NCBI GenBank assembly: GCA_951406725.2
Contig: OX597828.1
Location: 71,796,001 to 71,860,000 of the forward strand
DNA: 64,000 bases
Source: Octopus vulgaris
Lineage: Eukaryota
Reading direction: 5' to 3'
Part shown: positions 43,998-57,670 of the stretch, piece by piece
Numbering within the stretch: position 1 is the stretch's first letter
Layout of the letters: every line of letters starts with the position of its first letter
Translations under genes and position numbers: made by a program
Notes under the pieces: generated by a model
The model's database searches: none
The model's input: the letters and a program-made list of their open reading frames with translations, nothing else
What the model was told of the DNA's origin: nothing

Positions 43998-43998
43998 A
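42495..43998. repeat. (GGT/TAG)n low complexity followed by ~0.85 kb polypurine (GAA/GGA)n
   Basis: Directly visible; source of the 386, 300 and 292 aa junk ORFs. Confidence 0.95.
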
Positions 43999-44387
43999 CA
44001 ACGGCAGCGGTAAAACAGAGATCGGCTGCTCATTAATGGATACCTTGTCTCAGTTGTTTATATATTTATTTGTTTATTCTCTTCGGTTTTGGGGAGGTTG
44101 GAAGGTTGGGGGGGGGGGCTACTTTTACTTTGCTGGGAACTTGCGGAATAAAGAAATAAAGAAATTAACAAAAAAAAAAACAAAGAGCAAAAAAGAAAAA
44201 AGAGGAAAAAATATTGAAGAATTGAACGAAATCTAATGCTAGAAATTATGGCGGATATGACGTCACTGCTGCTGAGCGAGTCGGTCACGTGTATTGTTGC
44301 TTCTTGTGTTTTTACTGGCGATGGTACTGGCGTTTCCAATGGTAAATACCACCACCCAACCACCACCACCACCATCACCACCACTAT

Positions 44388-44444
<57 letters not shown>

Positions 44445-45187
44445 CACTAAGACAAGTTACAGAAAGGTGTACGTTTTATAAAATAAAATATAACTGGCGT
44501 AAAGAGCAACAGAAATAAACAAAACAAAAAATGTCCCAATGGCGGAAAAATGGCAGCCATCTTGGATAAGTGGGGATCTTACAACTTTGAGAGGTGTAGA
44601 GGTTCCCTCAGCCCTTGCTACGGGAGTAATGCTTCATCTCCCAGCTGAGGTCTCTGGTCTTTAGGGCCATACTGGAAGTGGACTCATTCATTCGAGCCAA
44701 ACTCCTTTCTCTCACCCAGTTGAGGGGAAACTGTATGGTCACTTGATCTGCTAGAAATAGCTGTAAAATCTTCTTCAAATCACATCGTGCCTCTTAAGAA
44801 AAGGACACTTGGATAATGCCATTTCAAGTTGTCTGTGCATAGGCAAAAGATGTGGGGGATGGGTTTCTGTTGGAATTCGTTTGATCAAAAGAAGCTGAGT
44901 CGGATGTGAGGCTAAAAACAACAACAACAACAACAGCAGCAGCAGCAGCAGCAGTAGCGGCAGCAGCATGAGCAACAGCGACATGAAGAAATTTTCAGAA
45001 AGTTTATTGGAGGGAATAAAGTACATATAGAGGCTGTCAGCTCTGTATAAGGAACATCGAAGTAACGAGAACAGTATCGTCAGAATGACTGATCAAGAAT
45101 GAAACTGTTATTCCTCAAAAGTTCGAAAATGAAGAGATTTGGTTATATAACACGATGCTATAAATATTTTAGGAAGCGTTTGTTTAT

Positions 45188-45480
45188 CTCGAAACGCGGA
45201 GTCGATGAAACAGGGACAACTGATGAAGGGGAATATTCTTTATGTTGCATGTCTCGTTTCTCTGTTTTCTTCTTTTTCGTTGTTCGAAAAAAAAGTTCGT
45301 TTTCTATGTTTTTGTTTTTATGTTTTCGTTTCTCATTGTGTTCAACGTTTTTTTTAATGTCCTGTACCCATATATGCATGTATAGCTACATATATATGTA
45401 GGTATGTACAGTACATATATGTATGTATATATGCGTATATTTATATATTATTTATATTATTATCTGATATGATCACGTAT
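45188..45480 (+). mobile_element. pLTR-like repeat, copy 1
   Basis: Highly similar to 58558-58830; starts tcgaaacgcggagtcgatgaaacagg. Confidence 0.7.
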
Positions 45481-46767
45481 GGATGAAGCCTTGATAAAAT
45501 AGATACAGAAACCTAAGAGAAAAAAGAGGTCGAGAAATATCAAGTGTCGTCAAAGGTGTTGCTGTTAAAAGGCAAAGAGTCGGAAGGGATTTTGCGAGGT
45601 CGCTTGCGGCATCCTCTGACACTCCTGCCGAGATATTGCTTAGGATTGGTATGTTTTTACCGACCCTGAAAGGATATAAGACAAAGTCAAGCCTGGCAGG
45701 AGAATAAATGTTCACCATCTTATCTCCTGTATGAAACCAGGAGAGTTCTGTGCAGAGAGGAAGATGGGGAGAAATATGAATTCTGCTGATGGTTAAGAAA
45801 TATGGAGGTAGAAGGTTCTGCTGTGACGCTTGGTTATAGATCCTGACCTATCTACCTTGGTTATAGATCATGACCTACACTGCGGCCTATCCTAACTGAC
45901 CGATTAATTGATTGATTGAAAAATAGAGCTGTACCCCCATTCTGTATCAATGACAATAAAAAATGAATCTCGCGTTCACGTGGAGTCTGATATCGTCTGC
46001 AAGAAGTTATTTTATCGACTACGAAAACAACGACAGGGAAAAGCAACTCATTTGAATTCAGAAGGTAAAGTGACGTCATGTCATAACGTTGAGTCGTTGA
46101 TCCAGACGTCCGACCATTCCTGCTGCTCCAATTCCTTTCGATTTTCAGTGATATTCATGGCTCTTTGTCGTTTTTTGTTTTATCGGTTTTCTTTCTCTTG
46201 TATCTTGTTTATGAATTCCTCAAATAATATCTGTAATGGAGGCGGTTCCACTGAATTACACACCGTATGCTGATTCTGAAATCATTGGCAGATATTTTCC
46301 ACACAACTTACAACAATATATAATTTACCGTTAAGGAATTAAGATAAATTCTACAAACAAATAGGATTTATTTACAAGAGTTTGAGAACGAAAAAGAGAG
46401 AGAGAAAGATAGAAACAGAGTAAGAGAAGGGGAGGAATAAAAGATAGAGCGCAAAAATTGAGCGGGAGAATAATGAAATATTTAGAGAGACGAAGGAAAT
46501 AAGCATGACAAATGTAGGATTTATGGGAAATAGTGTAAAAAAAGGAATTTATAATCGGAATTCTCTTATATAATATATATATATATATATGCATATATAT
46601 ACATGCGTACGTACGTGTATACATCTGCGTGCATATATGACTGGTGTAATATACCTTGATCGGATTATTATTTGTGTTTTTTTCTGCATTGTAATCTGCA
46701 ATACGCGATATTTTTATCTTCAGCTGCCATATTTCTGGTTTTATAGGTATGCATGTATGTATGTATG

Positions 46768-46801
<34 letters not shown>

Positions 46802-46882
46802 TGTATGTATGTATGTATGTATGTATGTATGTATGCATGCATGCATGTCCGTGTGTGTGTGTTTATATCCATGTACGTATGC

Positions 46883-46956
<74 letters not shown>

Positions 46957-47048
46957 GTATGTAAATATATATATATATGGGTGTATGAATGTGTGAATGT
47001 GTTTGTATGATGTATGTATGCATGTATGTATGCGTGTATGCATGTACG

Positions 47049-47126
<78 letters not shown>

Positions 47127-47246
47127 ATTGCATATGTGTAGGTATACACGCACATACATACACACGCGTACAAACAAGCACGCGCAAGCACACACATACA
47201 CGCACACAAACACACACATACACAATCACACACATACACACACTCG

Positions 47247-47278
<32 letters not shown>

Positions 47279-48662
47279 TACACACACACACACACACACC
47301 TTAATCAGAATTTCCGACTTGCTTGATGAACTAAACTACCTCTTCCTTGAGTTATACCATAAGTGGTTGAGTATACTTCAGAGACGAGCAACCTCAGGCT
47401 AGGTAAAAGTAACACTGTGTTTGTGACAGGGTTGGATCATTAAATTACCAGTACAATCCTTATTATGGGCTTCCGCACAGTTGCCAATTTCACTTACTTT
47501 AAGTTCTACCCGAGGCTAACGTAAAAGACCCTACACGGCGTCATCGAACCCTAGACGTCCGTACAACGCACTCAATACATATGTGAGTGTATGTGTGTGT
47601 ATGTGTGTGTGTGTGCGCGCGCGTGTGTGTGTGTGTGTGCGTGCGTGTGTCTATAGCCTCAATATGGAATTCAATGTTATCAAAAATGGCTTTCTGATAC
47701 TAGAAACATTTCTCTACAAGATACAAATATTTAAAACTATATTCAGTTAAAACTTGGATGTTAGTCACAGTTTCGTAAATAATACGGTGGAAGGGGTCTT
47801 CCCCGCAGATAATAAGGGCTACTCCCTATCCCAGTTGACGTTCCGTGTAACTTGGTCAACGTAAGAACCCGGAAACTAATTATGTGGATAGTTATAGAAA
47901 TAATCTTGTCGTCATGGATAGTAGGGGAGATAACTTTAACAATTAAATTATAGCGTTTTGCCAATGAGCAATCTATTCAAATTTTAATTACTGATCCACC
48001 GAGCTACATTCTCAGTCAAGGGTGACACGAGTTCGTATATTATTCATCGAAATGTTTGCTCTGAGTTCCGGTACTTGGACTATAAGTCCATTTATAGACA
48101 TACAGTCAAAAATAATAGCTGCACAGCGTTGTCAAGCCTCAAATGGAATTTGAAAGATGGCTGCAAAAACAATTTTTATATCATTTTGTCGATACTGCGG
48201 CAACAAGCGCATCATCCTTTTATATTCTTTTGTTCGTTGTCATTATTAAAAACAAAATACTTATTCTGCACCAAAACTGCGTTCATTTAAACACAAGATC
48301 AGAGTCAATCCTTAAATGTCATTACGAAACCAAATTCATTCAAGCTTCAAACAAATCTATCGAGCTTGAATAAACAAACGTAAACACCCCAAAAAGGGTG
48401 GATGTTCGTAAACCATTACTGCTTGCGCAAAACAAACCGAAAGGTTGCAATACGTCAAAATTCTTTCATAAACTCCGGTCGAAAGTGGTACGTGTTCCAC
48501 AACCCAGCGCCACCTGTGAAGAATTTAGAGTCAGGGGTATGAAACTTCGTGTAAGCTGAAACTATGACGCTATATATATGTGTCCGTGTATGTTTACACA
48601 CACACACACACACCATATGTAGTTACTCTTTTCAACGTATAAAACCCTCAAACTTATAACAC

Positions 48663-49003
<341 letters not shown>

Positions 49004-49024
49004 CAATAATAATAATGATAATAA

Positions 49025-49237
49025 TCCTTCCTATTATAGGTACAAGGTCTGAAATTTGGTGGGAGGAGGTAAGTCAATCACATCGACCCCAGTACTTGAC
49101 TGATACTTAATTTATCGACCCCGAAAGGATGAAAGGCAAAGTCGACCTCGGCGGAATTTGAACTCACAACGTAACGCAGACAAAATATCGCTAAGCATTT
49201 CGCCCGGTGTGCTAACGTTTCTGCCAGCTCGCCGCCT
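49025..49237 (-). mobile_element. SINE family B, full length
   Basis: Reverse-complement match; flanked by (TAA/CAA)n. Confidence 0.9.
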
Positions 49238-49836
49238 TCATAATAACAATAACAACAACAACAACAACAATAATAATAATAATGATAATAATAGTAATAA
49301 TAATAATGATAATGATAAAAGGCACGTTTTAATATTTTTCCTTTTTAACGACGAACCTCAATGCTATAAATATGTCGCCATAACTTCTATTCCGATATGT
49401 ACGTTGGACAGAAACCCTGTGTGTGAGCGAGTGCTGTAGTTTTATATATATTCATCACTTGTCGGTGTTGGTACTTTTGGTATTATTGAAAAAACGTTCT
49501 ACATCCGATATTGCTCACCAACTTTTCCATGGAAACGTTAATATTCCAAATAAAAGTTCATTGGTTCTTTAGATTATAACATTTTTAGATTGGTCTGGAA
49601 AAGACAAATAAATAGATAAACAAAACAAAATAAAGAAAGAAAGAAAAGAAAAGAAAAGAAAAAAAACAGAATTTCCTTTTGGATATCAGCATCAATCGAT
49701 CAAGTCTAATAATATTGAACTTCATTCGATATTCACCTCATGTTATTACGATTAGTCACAGCTAACAGAGTTGGCTTGAAATCAACAAAATAGATCGGCT
49801 GCGCAGAGATTAGTAACTTGGCGAAGCATCACTCTA

Positions 49837-49893
<57 letters not shown>

Positions 49894-49899
49894 ATATTC

Positions 49900-49974
<75 letters not shown>

Positions 49975-50024
49975 TATACATATATATATGTATATTCATA
50001 TATATATATGTGTATTCATATATG

Positions 50025-50077
<53 letters not shown>

Positions 50078-51323
50078 GTATCTGTAATCATATTGTTGTT
50101 GTCGTCTTCGTACTTGTTTTTGTTATGGTTGTCCAAATGGCCGTTTTATAACATAAAGCTATCTCAAATTCAATAACAGCTAAGATCAGTGTACAATATT
50201 AATTTTCATTATAAACACAAGAATAATAATTTAAGCTGGGCGAGTCTATTCTTTGTTTACTAATGGTTTACTCCACCCTGTACCAAAGCAGTCAGGCCGG
50301 GATTCCGGTGAGACAGTAGCTTTCCCCTTTTCTCGCATGTTTGTCAAGACTAGGATATGGGACTGAGAAATCTTTAATCTCCCTCTGGTCATCATATTCT
50401 CCTTGTTCCCTGTTTTCATTTTAACCACCATCATCACCGTCGAGGTCCCTGTCAATACTATTCTAGTTAAACGAATACACATACACACACACATATATAT
50501 ATCTCGGTGTGCATTCAAAGCAATGAATGGTTGTATTCAAAGCAATGATTAGTAACTTATGAAACCGGTATGCTTGAATCTCTTTAACAATTCACAATAA
50601 TGACTTTTATTACTTTTATTCCTACCTCAGTTCATCTAATTGTATATATCTTTCCTTACTTTTCATAAAAAAGCCTTTACTTTTCTTGATTTCCAATGTG
50701 CATTTTCGTTTATTTTTCTCACTTTCCCCTTACACTTCCCACATGTAGTTTCTATTTTCTTTTTGTAACATATTTCTATTATATATATATATATGAGTGT
50801 AAAACCGGACGGGAGGCAAACACAGAATGTTCCTAGTTCTTCATCAGTTGCCAACCAATTGCTAATACTCTGTCTCGCACATTTAATGGTAAAACCCAGA
50901 GCTTCGCAATTGGCGGCGCCAGCAAAAAAAGAAAAAGATTCTTTTTGCGGAAAATTCAGGGCCAATGCAAACAAAACAAAACGAAACAAAATGACACAGA
51001 GTGTGATTTAGGACGGTGGACAAGGACGAACAGTCGAGCAAAATACGGCCTGAGGGCCAAGAAGACGAGAAAAGTGGGTAAAGCTTAGGAAATGTTCAGA
51101 CGGTCATTTTCTGATGAAGATTTAGGGATCTTCTGCGTTTGACTCCCGTCCCGTTCTACACTCACTACACGTTATGTTGTATGTTTATTTACCATAAAAT
51201 TTTTCCATTTATTAAGTAATGGAACGCAACACACACCGAATTTATACACACACTCATCGCGCGCGCGCGTGCACACACACACGCACACAAACATACACGC
51301 ACACACACACACATACACAGTGA

Positions 51324-51412
51324 AGGCGCATGGCTCAGTGGTTAGTGCGTCAGGCTCACAATCATGAAGGAGCGAGTTCGAACTGGGCCGCGCATTGTGT
51401 TCTTGAACAAGA
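51324..51412 (+). mobile_element. SINE family C head
   Basis: ggcgcatggctcagtggttag...gagttcgaac...gtgttcttgaacaagac. Confidence 0.7.
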
Positions 51413-51414
51413 CT

Positions 51415-51440
<26 letters not shown>

Positions 51441-51445
<5 letters not shown>

Positions 51446-52333
51446 TCTGATCAATAAGTATTCGGACTGTTGCCATTGTAACGAAGCTAGATCATGCAGA
51501 GTGAGGCCGCTTGGCACAGATTGACCTTGAACGCTGCTGTGCATGCGCACTAAGTTTTAACGTTGTAGCTAACTTCCACTGTTTACAGCAGTGCTTGGAA
51601 GGAACATGTGTAGCGTGTGATCGTCATATTGGACTATGACAGAGAAAGTTGTCATGGTGATGCCTGCTCAGAGGCCTGCAAAGTTTCAGAAAGCGTATGG
51701 AGAGGAGTGTATGAACCACACACATGTGTTCGAGTAGTTCAGGCGTTTCCAAGATGGTTGAAAAATGTCGATATTGACAAACATTCTGGGAGACCCACAA
51801 CCAGCAGAACTGAGAAAAACATCGCAGATGTGCATACAGCTGTGAGGGGAAATCGTCGAACCACCATCCGTGAGTTATGAAAGGATGTGCAGATTAGTTA
51901 CGGTTCAGTTCAGTCCATTATCACTGAAGATTTGGGTATGAGACACGTGTCTGCCAAGTTTGTGCCAAAACTGTTTTCAGCTGACCAAAAAGACACCCAG
52001 GTTTCAATTACACAAGATCTCTTTGATTGAATCGAGAACGATGGAAATTTTTTGAAAACTTTGCGTAGGCCTCTGAGCAGGTATCGCCAAGCTTTTGGCA
52101 AAATTTGATGCAGATTCTCTGCTCAAGTTCCTCTGTCATGGTCAATACGACGATCACACGCTACACACGCTCCTTTCAAGCACTGCTGTAAATAACGGAA
52201 GTGAGCTAGAACGCTGAAAGTTAGTGCGCATGCACAGAAGAGTTGGAGGTCAATCATTACAAAGCGGCTTCACGCTGCGTGTTCAAGCTTCGTTACTATG
52301 TCAACAGTCCGGATACTTATTGATCAGACCACG
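51441..52333 (+). mobile_element. Internally deleted mariner element with ~200-bp terminal inverted repeats
   Basis: Termini cgaggtctgatcaataagtattcggactgttg / caacagtccggatacttattgatcagaccacg-TA; transposase remnant DKHSGRPTTSRTEKNI..VRGNRRTTIREL..ISYGSVQSIITEDLGMRHVSAKFVPK. Confidence 0.9.
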
Positions 52334-52945
52334 TATATACATGCATGCATGCATACATACATACATACATACATACATACATACATACGTACATACATAC
52401 ATACATACATACATACATACATACATACATACATACATACGTACGTACATACATACATACATACATACATACATACATACATACTATGCGTATGTATGTA
52501 AGCTTTATCCATAACTGTGAGTCCGACAAAATGTATATTCTATTTCGCCCAGAGTCGCTTCGGGGGTCTATTTCGCTGATGAGGACTAGTAACACCAAAA
52601 TATGACCGGAGTTGTCCTTCACCCTTTACTACCAAACACCAAGCAAACACTCCATTACACTCTATTTCTAGTTTATTTTAATTAATCTTAATTCCAGACG
52701 ATGTAATTAAGATAAAGATTTTTTCTCTCCTGGCTACAGACCTAATTTTCTTTAATTAAAATTTGTATGCAGATTATTTTAAGTTAATTAACATCTATTT
52801 TACTTAATGTCAACAAAGTTTTTAGACCATGGGTCGGCAAAGCTGTCTATATTGACGTCCGGGGTGTGTGAGTCTATCGAAGAGATCAATAAATGTCTGA
52901 AACGATTTTAAGCGTTAACGGTTCTGATTTATTATAATTATAAAT

Positions 52946-53335
52946 ACGCAGGAGTGGCTGTGTAGTAAGTAGCTTGATTACCAACCACATGGTTCCGGGT
53001 TCAGTCCTACTGCGTGGCACCTTGGCTGACCAAAGCCTTGTGAGTGGATTTGGTCGATGGAAACTGAAAGAAGCCCGTCGTATATATGTGTATATATATA
53101 TATGTATATGTATGTGTATATGTTTGTGTGTCTGTGTTTGTCCCTCCCCCCAACATCGCTTGACAACCGATGCTGGTATGTTTACGTCCCCGTAACTTAG
53201 CGGTTCGGCAAAAGATACCGATAAAATAAGTACTAGGCTTACAAAGAATAAGTCCTGGGGGTCGATTTGATTCGAGTAAAGGCGATGCTCCAGCATGGCC
53301 GCAGTCAAGTGACTGAAACAAGTAAAAGACTGAAA
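52946..53335 (+). mobile_element. SINE family A with small internal deletion
   Basis: Colinear with 6916-7337. Confidence 0.92.
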
Positions 53336-53414
53336 GAATAAAAGAAAATATCAGTGGATTTTCATTGTTCTTTTTAAATTTCGTTTATTATTTTTTATTA
53401 AATTTCTCTAAATA

Positions 53415-53590
53415 GGCCCTGGCGTAGCTGTGTGGTAAGAGGCTTGATTCACGGCCATATGGTTCCGGGTTCAATCTCACTGCGTTTCAAAAAATATTAA
53501 GTACTGGGGTCGATTCGTCCGACTAAAAGAAACTCTTCAAGCTGGTGCTACTGCAAGGCCGCAGTCTAATGACTGAAACAAGCAAAAGAT
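53415..53590 (+). mobile_element. SINE family A, old, head joined to tail
   Basis: Head and tail motifs present, middle absent. Confidence 0.7.
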
Positions 53591-54394
53591 AATTATTTAT
53601 CAAATAATGGTAATGTTGCTAAAGAATGAAGGAATTGTCTTTGAAATCAAGAATTTTTTTTTCTATTAATTACGCTTTTCTTAATTTCGTTTTAGAAATT
53701 TCCATGATGGGGATCGATAAGTTATCGATGCTTCGATGAAAGGTTTCAATGATATAAGAAGTTTGTTGACCCTTGGTTTAGACTGACCTTTGTCACAATC
53801 AGATATGTTACTTCACCTCGGGGACCTCCAGTAATCGTAGTTATGGCAAATGAGAAGGGGTCAATAGACCGATTAACCCTTAGAAGTATTTATATTGCGA
53901 GGACAAAGAGGAAATAAAAACTCGCTGCAAACTAAAAGAAAAAAGAAATGACGTTATTAAAATGGAAACGAATGAGATTACAAACTTAATATTAGCGAAA
54001 ACTGTAATGTCGATATGATCGATAAAATCAATCATTGTATTGGGTTTTTAGTTATGTTTTAAAATGTCGATACTTCGATAATTAACCAGAAATATCTCGG
54101 TTGCTGTTATTGTTCCAATCGTAAAGATCAAAGTAGCTGATCCCTTGTCTTCTAAAAGATCTTACAAACTGTTCCTTTTATTAATGTTATTTTCTGTTTC
54201 TTTTCTTCTTCTTTTTTTTATATTCTACAAATAATGGATTATAATTGCAAATATTTGGTTCCTTTAAGAATTTGTTTGCGTCTTTCAAAGGAAGCAACTT
54301 TGGCATGGAGGAGATCCGCAATAGGGGAACGCCTGGTGAAGGCTCCCGTCTCTCTCTGATTCTGCATGCCTTACTGTCTGTCTGTTTGTCAGAT

Positions 54395-54431
<37 letters not shown>

Positions 54432-55133
54432 ATCTTACACACACACAGGGAAACTACATTAGTGACTTAAGGACGTAGAGTTTCGTGCAAAAGAAATTAT
54501 CAAATTCGTTTTGCATCAATTTTTTGCCCTCCCCCCCCCACACACACAGACATTCAAACATACACTCACACATACACTCACACGTACACTCACACATGAA
54601 CACAATACTCTGCTTACTTATTAAATTCCATTCTTCTTGTTTGTACCACATGACGTGTAGATATGTGTGTGTGTGTACGAGAGAGAGAGAGAGAGGGGGG
54701 AAGGGCTGTGTGGGTGGTAGCAGAAATACATAATGTTACGCAATGTGTTACGTAATGTACTTCGTATTGGTAATAGACCACAATACTGAAACACGTGTGG
54801 TGATGTTTTGAGCTCTCCATTCGTATATCAATTTTAATTTCTAATATCCAGTTGATGCCATCTGCATTGCTAGATACATGCATGTATGTATGTATGTATG
54901 TATGCATATGCATACATACATAAAATAAACAACAACACACACACACACACACACACACGTATGTATGTTTGTGTGTATACATGCGTGTATAGTATTTGTG
55001 TACGCATATTGTATGTATATGTGTGCATATGTGTGAACGTATGTATGTATGTATGCATGTATGGTATAGTATGTATTATGTACGTATGTATGTGTATGCA
55101 TGCGTGTATAGTGTATAAATGTGTACACATGTA

Positions 55134-55169
<36 letters not shown>

Positions 55170-55403
55170 TGTGTGTGTTTATGTATGCATGTATGTATGT
55201 ATGTTTGTATGTATGTGTGTGTGTATGTGTGTATTCTTGTTCTTTGACTATCTACAACAATATTACATTTTATAATATTTTACGGCATTCTAACATTGCC
55301 GTGTATTATTTTATAATACATGGGCATATGGCGTGGTGGTTAAGAGCGCGGGCTACTAACCCCAATATTCCGAGTTCGATTCCAGGCAGTGATCTGTATA
55401 ATG

Positions 55404-55470
<67 letters not shown>

Positions 55471-55471
<1 letters not shown>

Positions 55472-55668
55472 TTAATCTCAAGTTTTAAAACAAACATAAT
55501 TTTCTTATGGTTTCTTAAACATTCTCTAGAACAACATTATGTACAAAACCAAATATATGGCACCCTAGGCATAAAACCAACATGAACTTCCAACTTGTTG
55601 TCTCTTGAGGTCTCTGGGTGAGACTTGGAGCCAACTTGTACAATCGTAAAGCAAAAGTCAAACATAGA
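55471..55668 (+). mobile_element. Probable R4/Dong-like 3' UTR fragment inserted in (TAA)n
   Basis: Flanked by (TAA)n on both sides; tcttgaggtctctgggtgagacttgga resembles Dong-type 3' UTRs (from memory, not searched). Confidence 0.4.
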
Positions 55669-55730
55669 ATAATAATAATAACATCGAAAAATACCTTAGG
55701 AATGAAAACCCAGGTTTGAAATTTCCTCAA

Positions 55731-55776
55731 GACACCTGATGAAGGCTGGAGGGTATATCAGCTGAAACGTTGTGTT
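55731..55776 (+). ncRNA. Minimal type I hammerhead motif
   Basis: gacac CTGATGA a ggctg-gagggtatat-cagct GAAA cg TT gtgtt; 5-bp stem I, palindromic AACGTT in place of stem III. Confidence 0.7.
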
Positions 55777-55959
55777 AACAACAAGCAAGATGAGGACAAA
55801 TATCCGTCGAATGTAAATAATGTAAAGAATGTAAATAATGTATCACATTTTATGTTTCTAAGTGTTTCTGCAAGTCTATACAAGTACGCACGATTGCGCA
55901 TTGTGCCACCATGTGCCCCGGTAGGCACGTTTGTCTAAGCGACATTACAATATGCATTC

Positions 55960-56050
<91 letters not shown>

Positions 56051-56275
56051 CAACAATTTAGATTCATATGAATATGGTACTTAATTTAGATGCACCAGAA
56101 TTTTGTTTGGTGTTACCCATAAAAATTTGTGGGGTGATTATTATCAAAAATAAGCAACAAGAATGAATCCGGTAATTTAGTACAATTGTTTCATACTACA
56201 ACATTTTATTAAAAGGTGTAAATATTACAGCAGATTTAAGATGCTGAGTAATCTTCAGCTAATTTATATAGGTTT

Positions 56276-56306
<31 letters not shown>

Positions 56307-56425
56307 GCGTATGTATGCACGTAAATATGCGTATATATATACGTGTGCGTACATCTCTGTCTGTCTGTGTCACCCTGTCTCCCCGTCTCTCTCCCCCCTC
56401 CATCTCTCTTTTTCTTTCTCTCTAT

Positions 56426-56505
<80 letters not shown>

Positions 56506-56984
56506 TGTGTGTGTGTGTGTGTTTGTACATATATAAACTCTTTGTATGTGCATGCCTATTTGTAAAGCGAGAGAGATGTTCTGAGCCGATTATATTTAAA
56601 GGCACGACGGTGGTGTTGGGGAAGGGTGGGGCGATTGATGTAGGAGTAAAGGAAAATAAGTGAGGGGATAAGGAGGAGTTGTGAAGTGAATCGAAGGAGG
56701 AGATGGGGGGGGGACAAGGAGAAGTTGTGGAATGAACCGAAGGAGGAGGAGGTGCAGAAGAGAAACCCGGAGTCTAATGATTTTAGTTTTTAAATATAGA
56801 CATCGGTTGTAAGTTTGTTTTCGGAAGAAATAGGGGGTAGGGGGTTATAAGGGGGGGGGAGATCGGTGGTTGTATGGGGGGTGGCGGAGCGGGGCAACAT
56901 GTGGAGGTGGCTGACTGGGGTCGGGCGGGTTGTTGACGGTGGGGGTAAAGTGCTCAGTTATAGATTTAAGCAACGCTTAGCTTC

Positions 56985-57387
56985 GGTGATGGTGTTGGTG
57001 GTGAAGGTGGGGAGCGGTGCTGGTGGCGATGTTGGAGACGTGGTGGTGGCGGCGGCGGCGCGGGGATGGTGGTATGTGGTGGTGGTGGTATGTGATGGTG
57101 ATGGAGGTATATGGTGGTGGCGGTGGTGACGGTATTCTTGTTGTTGGTGGTGGTGGCAGTGGTGGTGGTGGTGGTGGTGACACTATTATTGGTGGTGCTA
57201 ATGGCATGGTGGTGGTATTATTGTTGCTGTTGTTGTTGTTGTTGGTGGTGGTGGTGATGTCGGTGCTGGTGCTATCACTTCAATAATGACAGAATATGGG
57301 TGAGTAGTAAGAAAAGGGGCCGCATGGATGGTAGTGAAAATGTGGGTGGATCAGTGGTAGTGGTGGTAGTGGTGGTGGTGGTGGTGG

Positions 57388-57418
<31 letters not shown>

Positions 57419-57670
57419 AGTGTGAGTGTCGTAGTAATGGTAGTGGAAATTTTGGAATGTGGTTAATAGTGATGATCGTGATGATGATGGTGATGGGTCG
57501 CAGTTGGTATTAACCATCGGGAGAGGTGATGGAGTCATTGGTCTTGGTGGTGGTGATGATGGTGCTGGACGCAGTAGATGTTAGTGGTGGTTGTCGTGAC
57601 GGTAGTTGTGATTGTGGTGGTGATAGTGGTGGTGGTGGTGGTGGTGGAGGTGACAGTAGTAGTCATGGCA
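56985..57670. repeat. (GGT)n-rich low complexity
   Basis: Directly visible. Confidence 0.9.

Larger units (their letters stand above)
55322..55842 (+). mobile_element. tRNA-headed SINE-like element ending in a hammerhead-bearing tail, interrupted at its (TAA)n by another insert
   Basis: A box TGGCGTGGTGG 55329-55339, B box GTTCGATTCC 55374-55383, (TAA)n linker, hammerhead 55731-55776, (AATGTAAAT)-type tail. Confidence 0.6.

Noticed and set aside
42873-44033. Longest ORFs (386, 300 and 292 aa)
   Set aside because: The polypyrimidine strand simply lacks stop codons; open in several frames with no domain.
45215-45250. SECIS element (ATGA plus stem)
   Set aside because: No matching 3' GA of the kink-turn quartet, and the helix is too short.
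46235-46333. Short ORF MEAVPLNYTPYADSEIIGRYFPHNLQQYIIYR
   Set aside because: 32 aa, no recognisable homology, weak splice signals.
51111-51135. CTGATGA plus hairpin
   Set aside because: No GAAA or cleavage site follows.
54291-54360. Possible exon after a T-rich acceptor
   Set aside because: Poor donor and unrecognised peptide in all frames.
55322-55395. Functional tRNA gene (likewise SINE heads at 10030, 22118 and 51324)
   Set aside because: A and B boxes are present but the acceptor stem and cloverleaf are incomplete; these are SINE heads.
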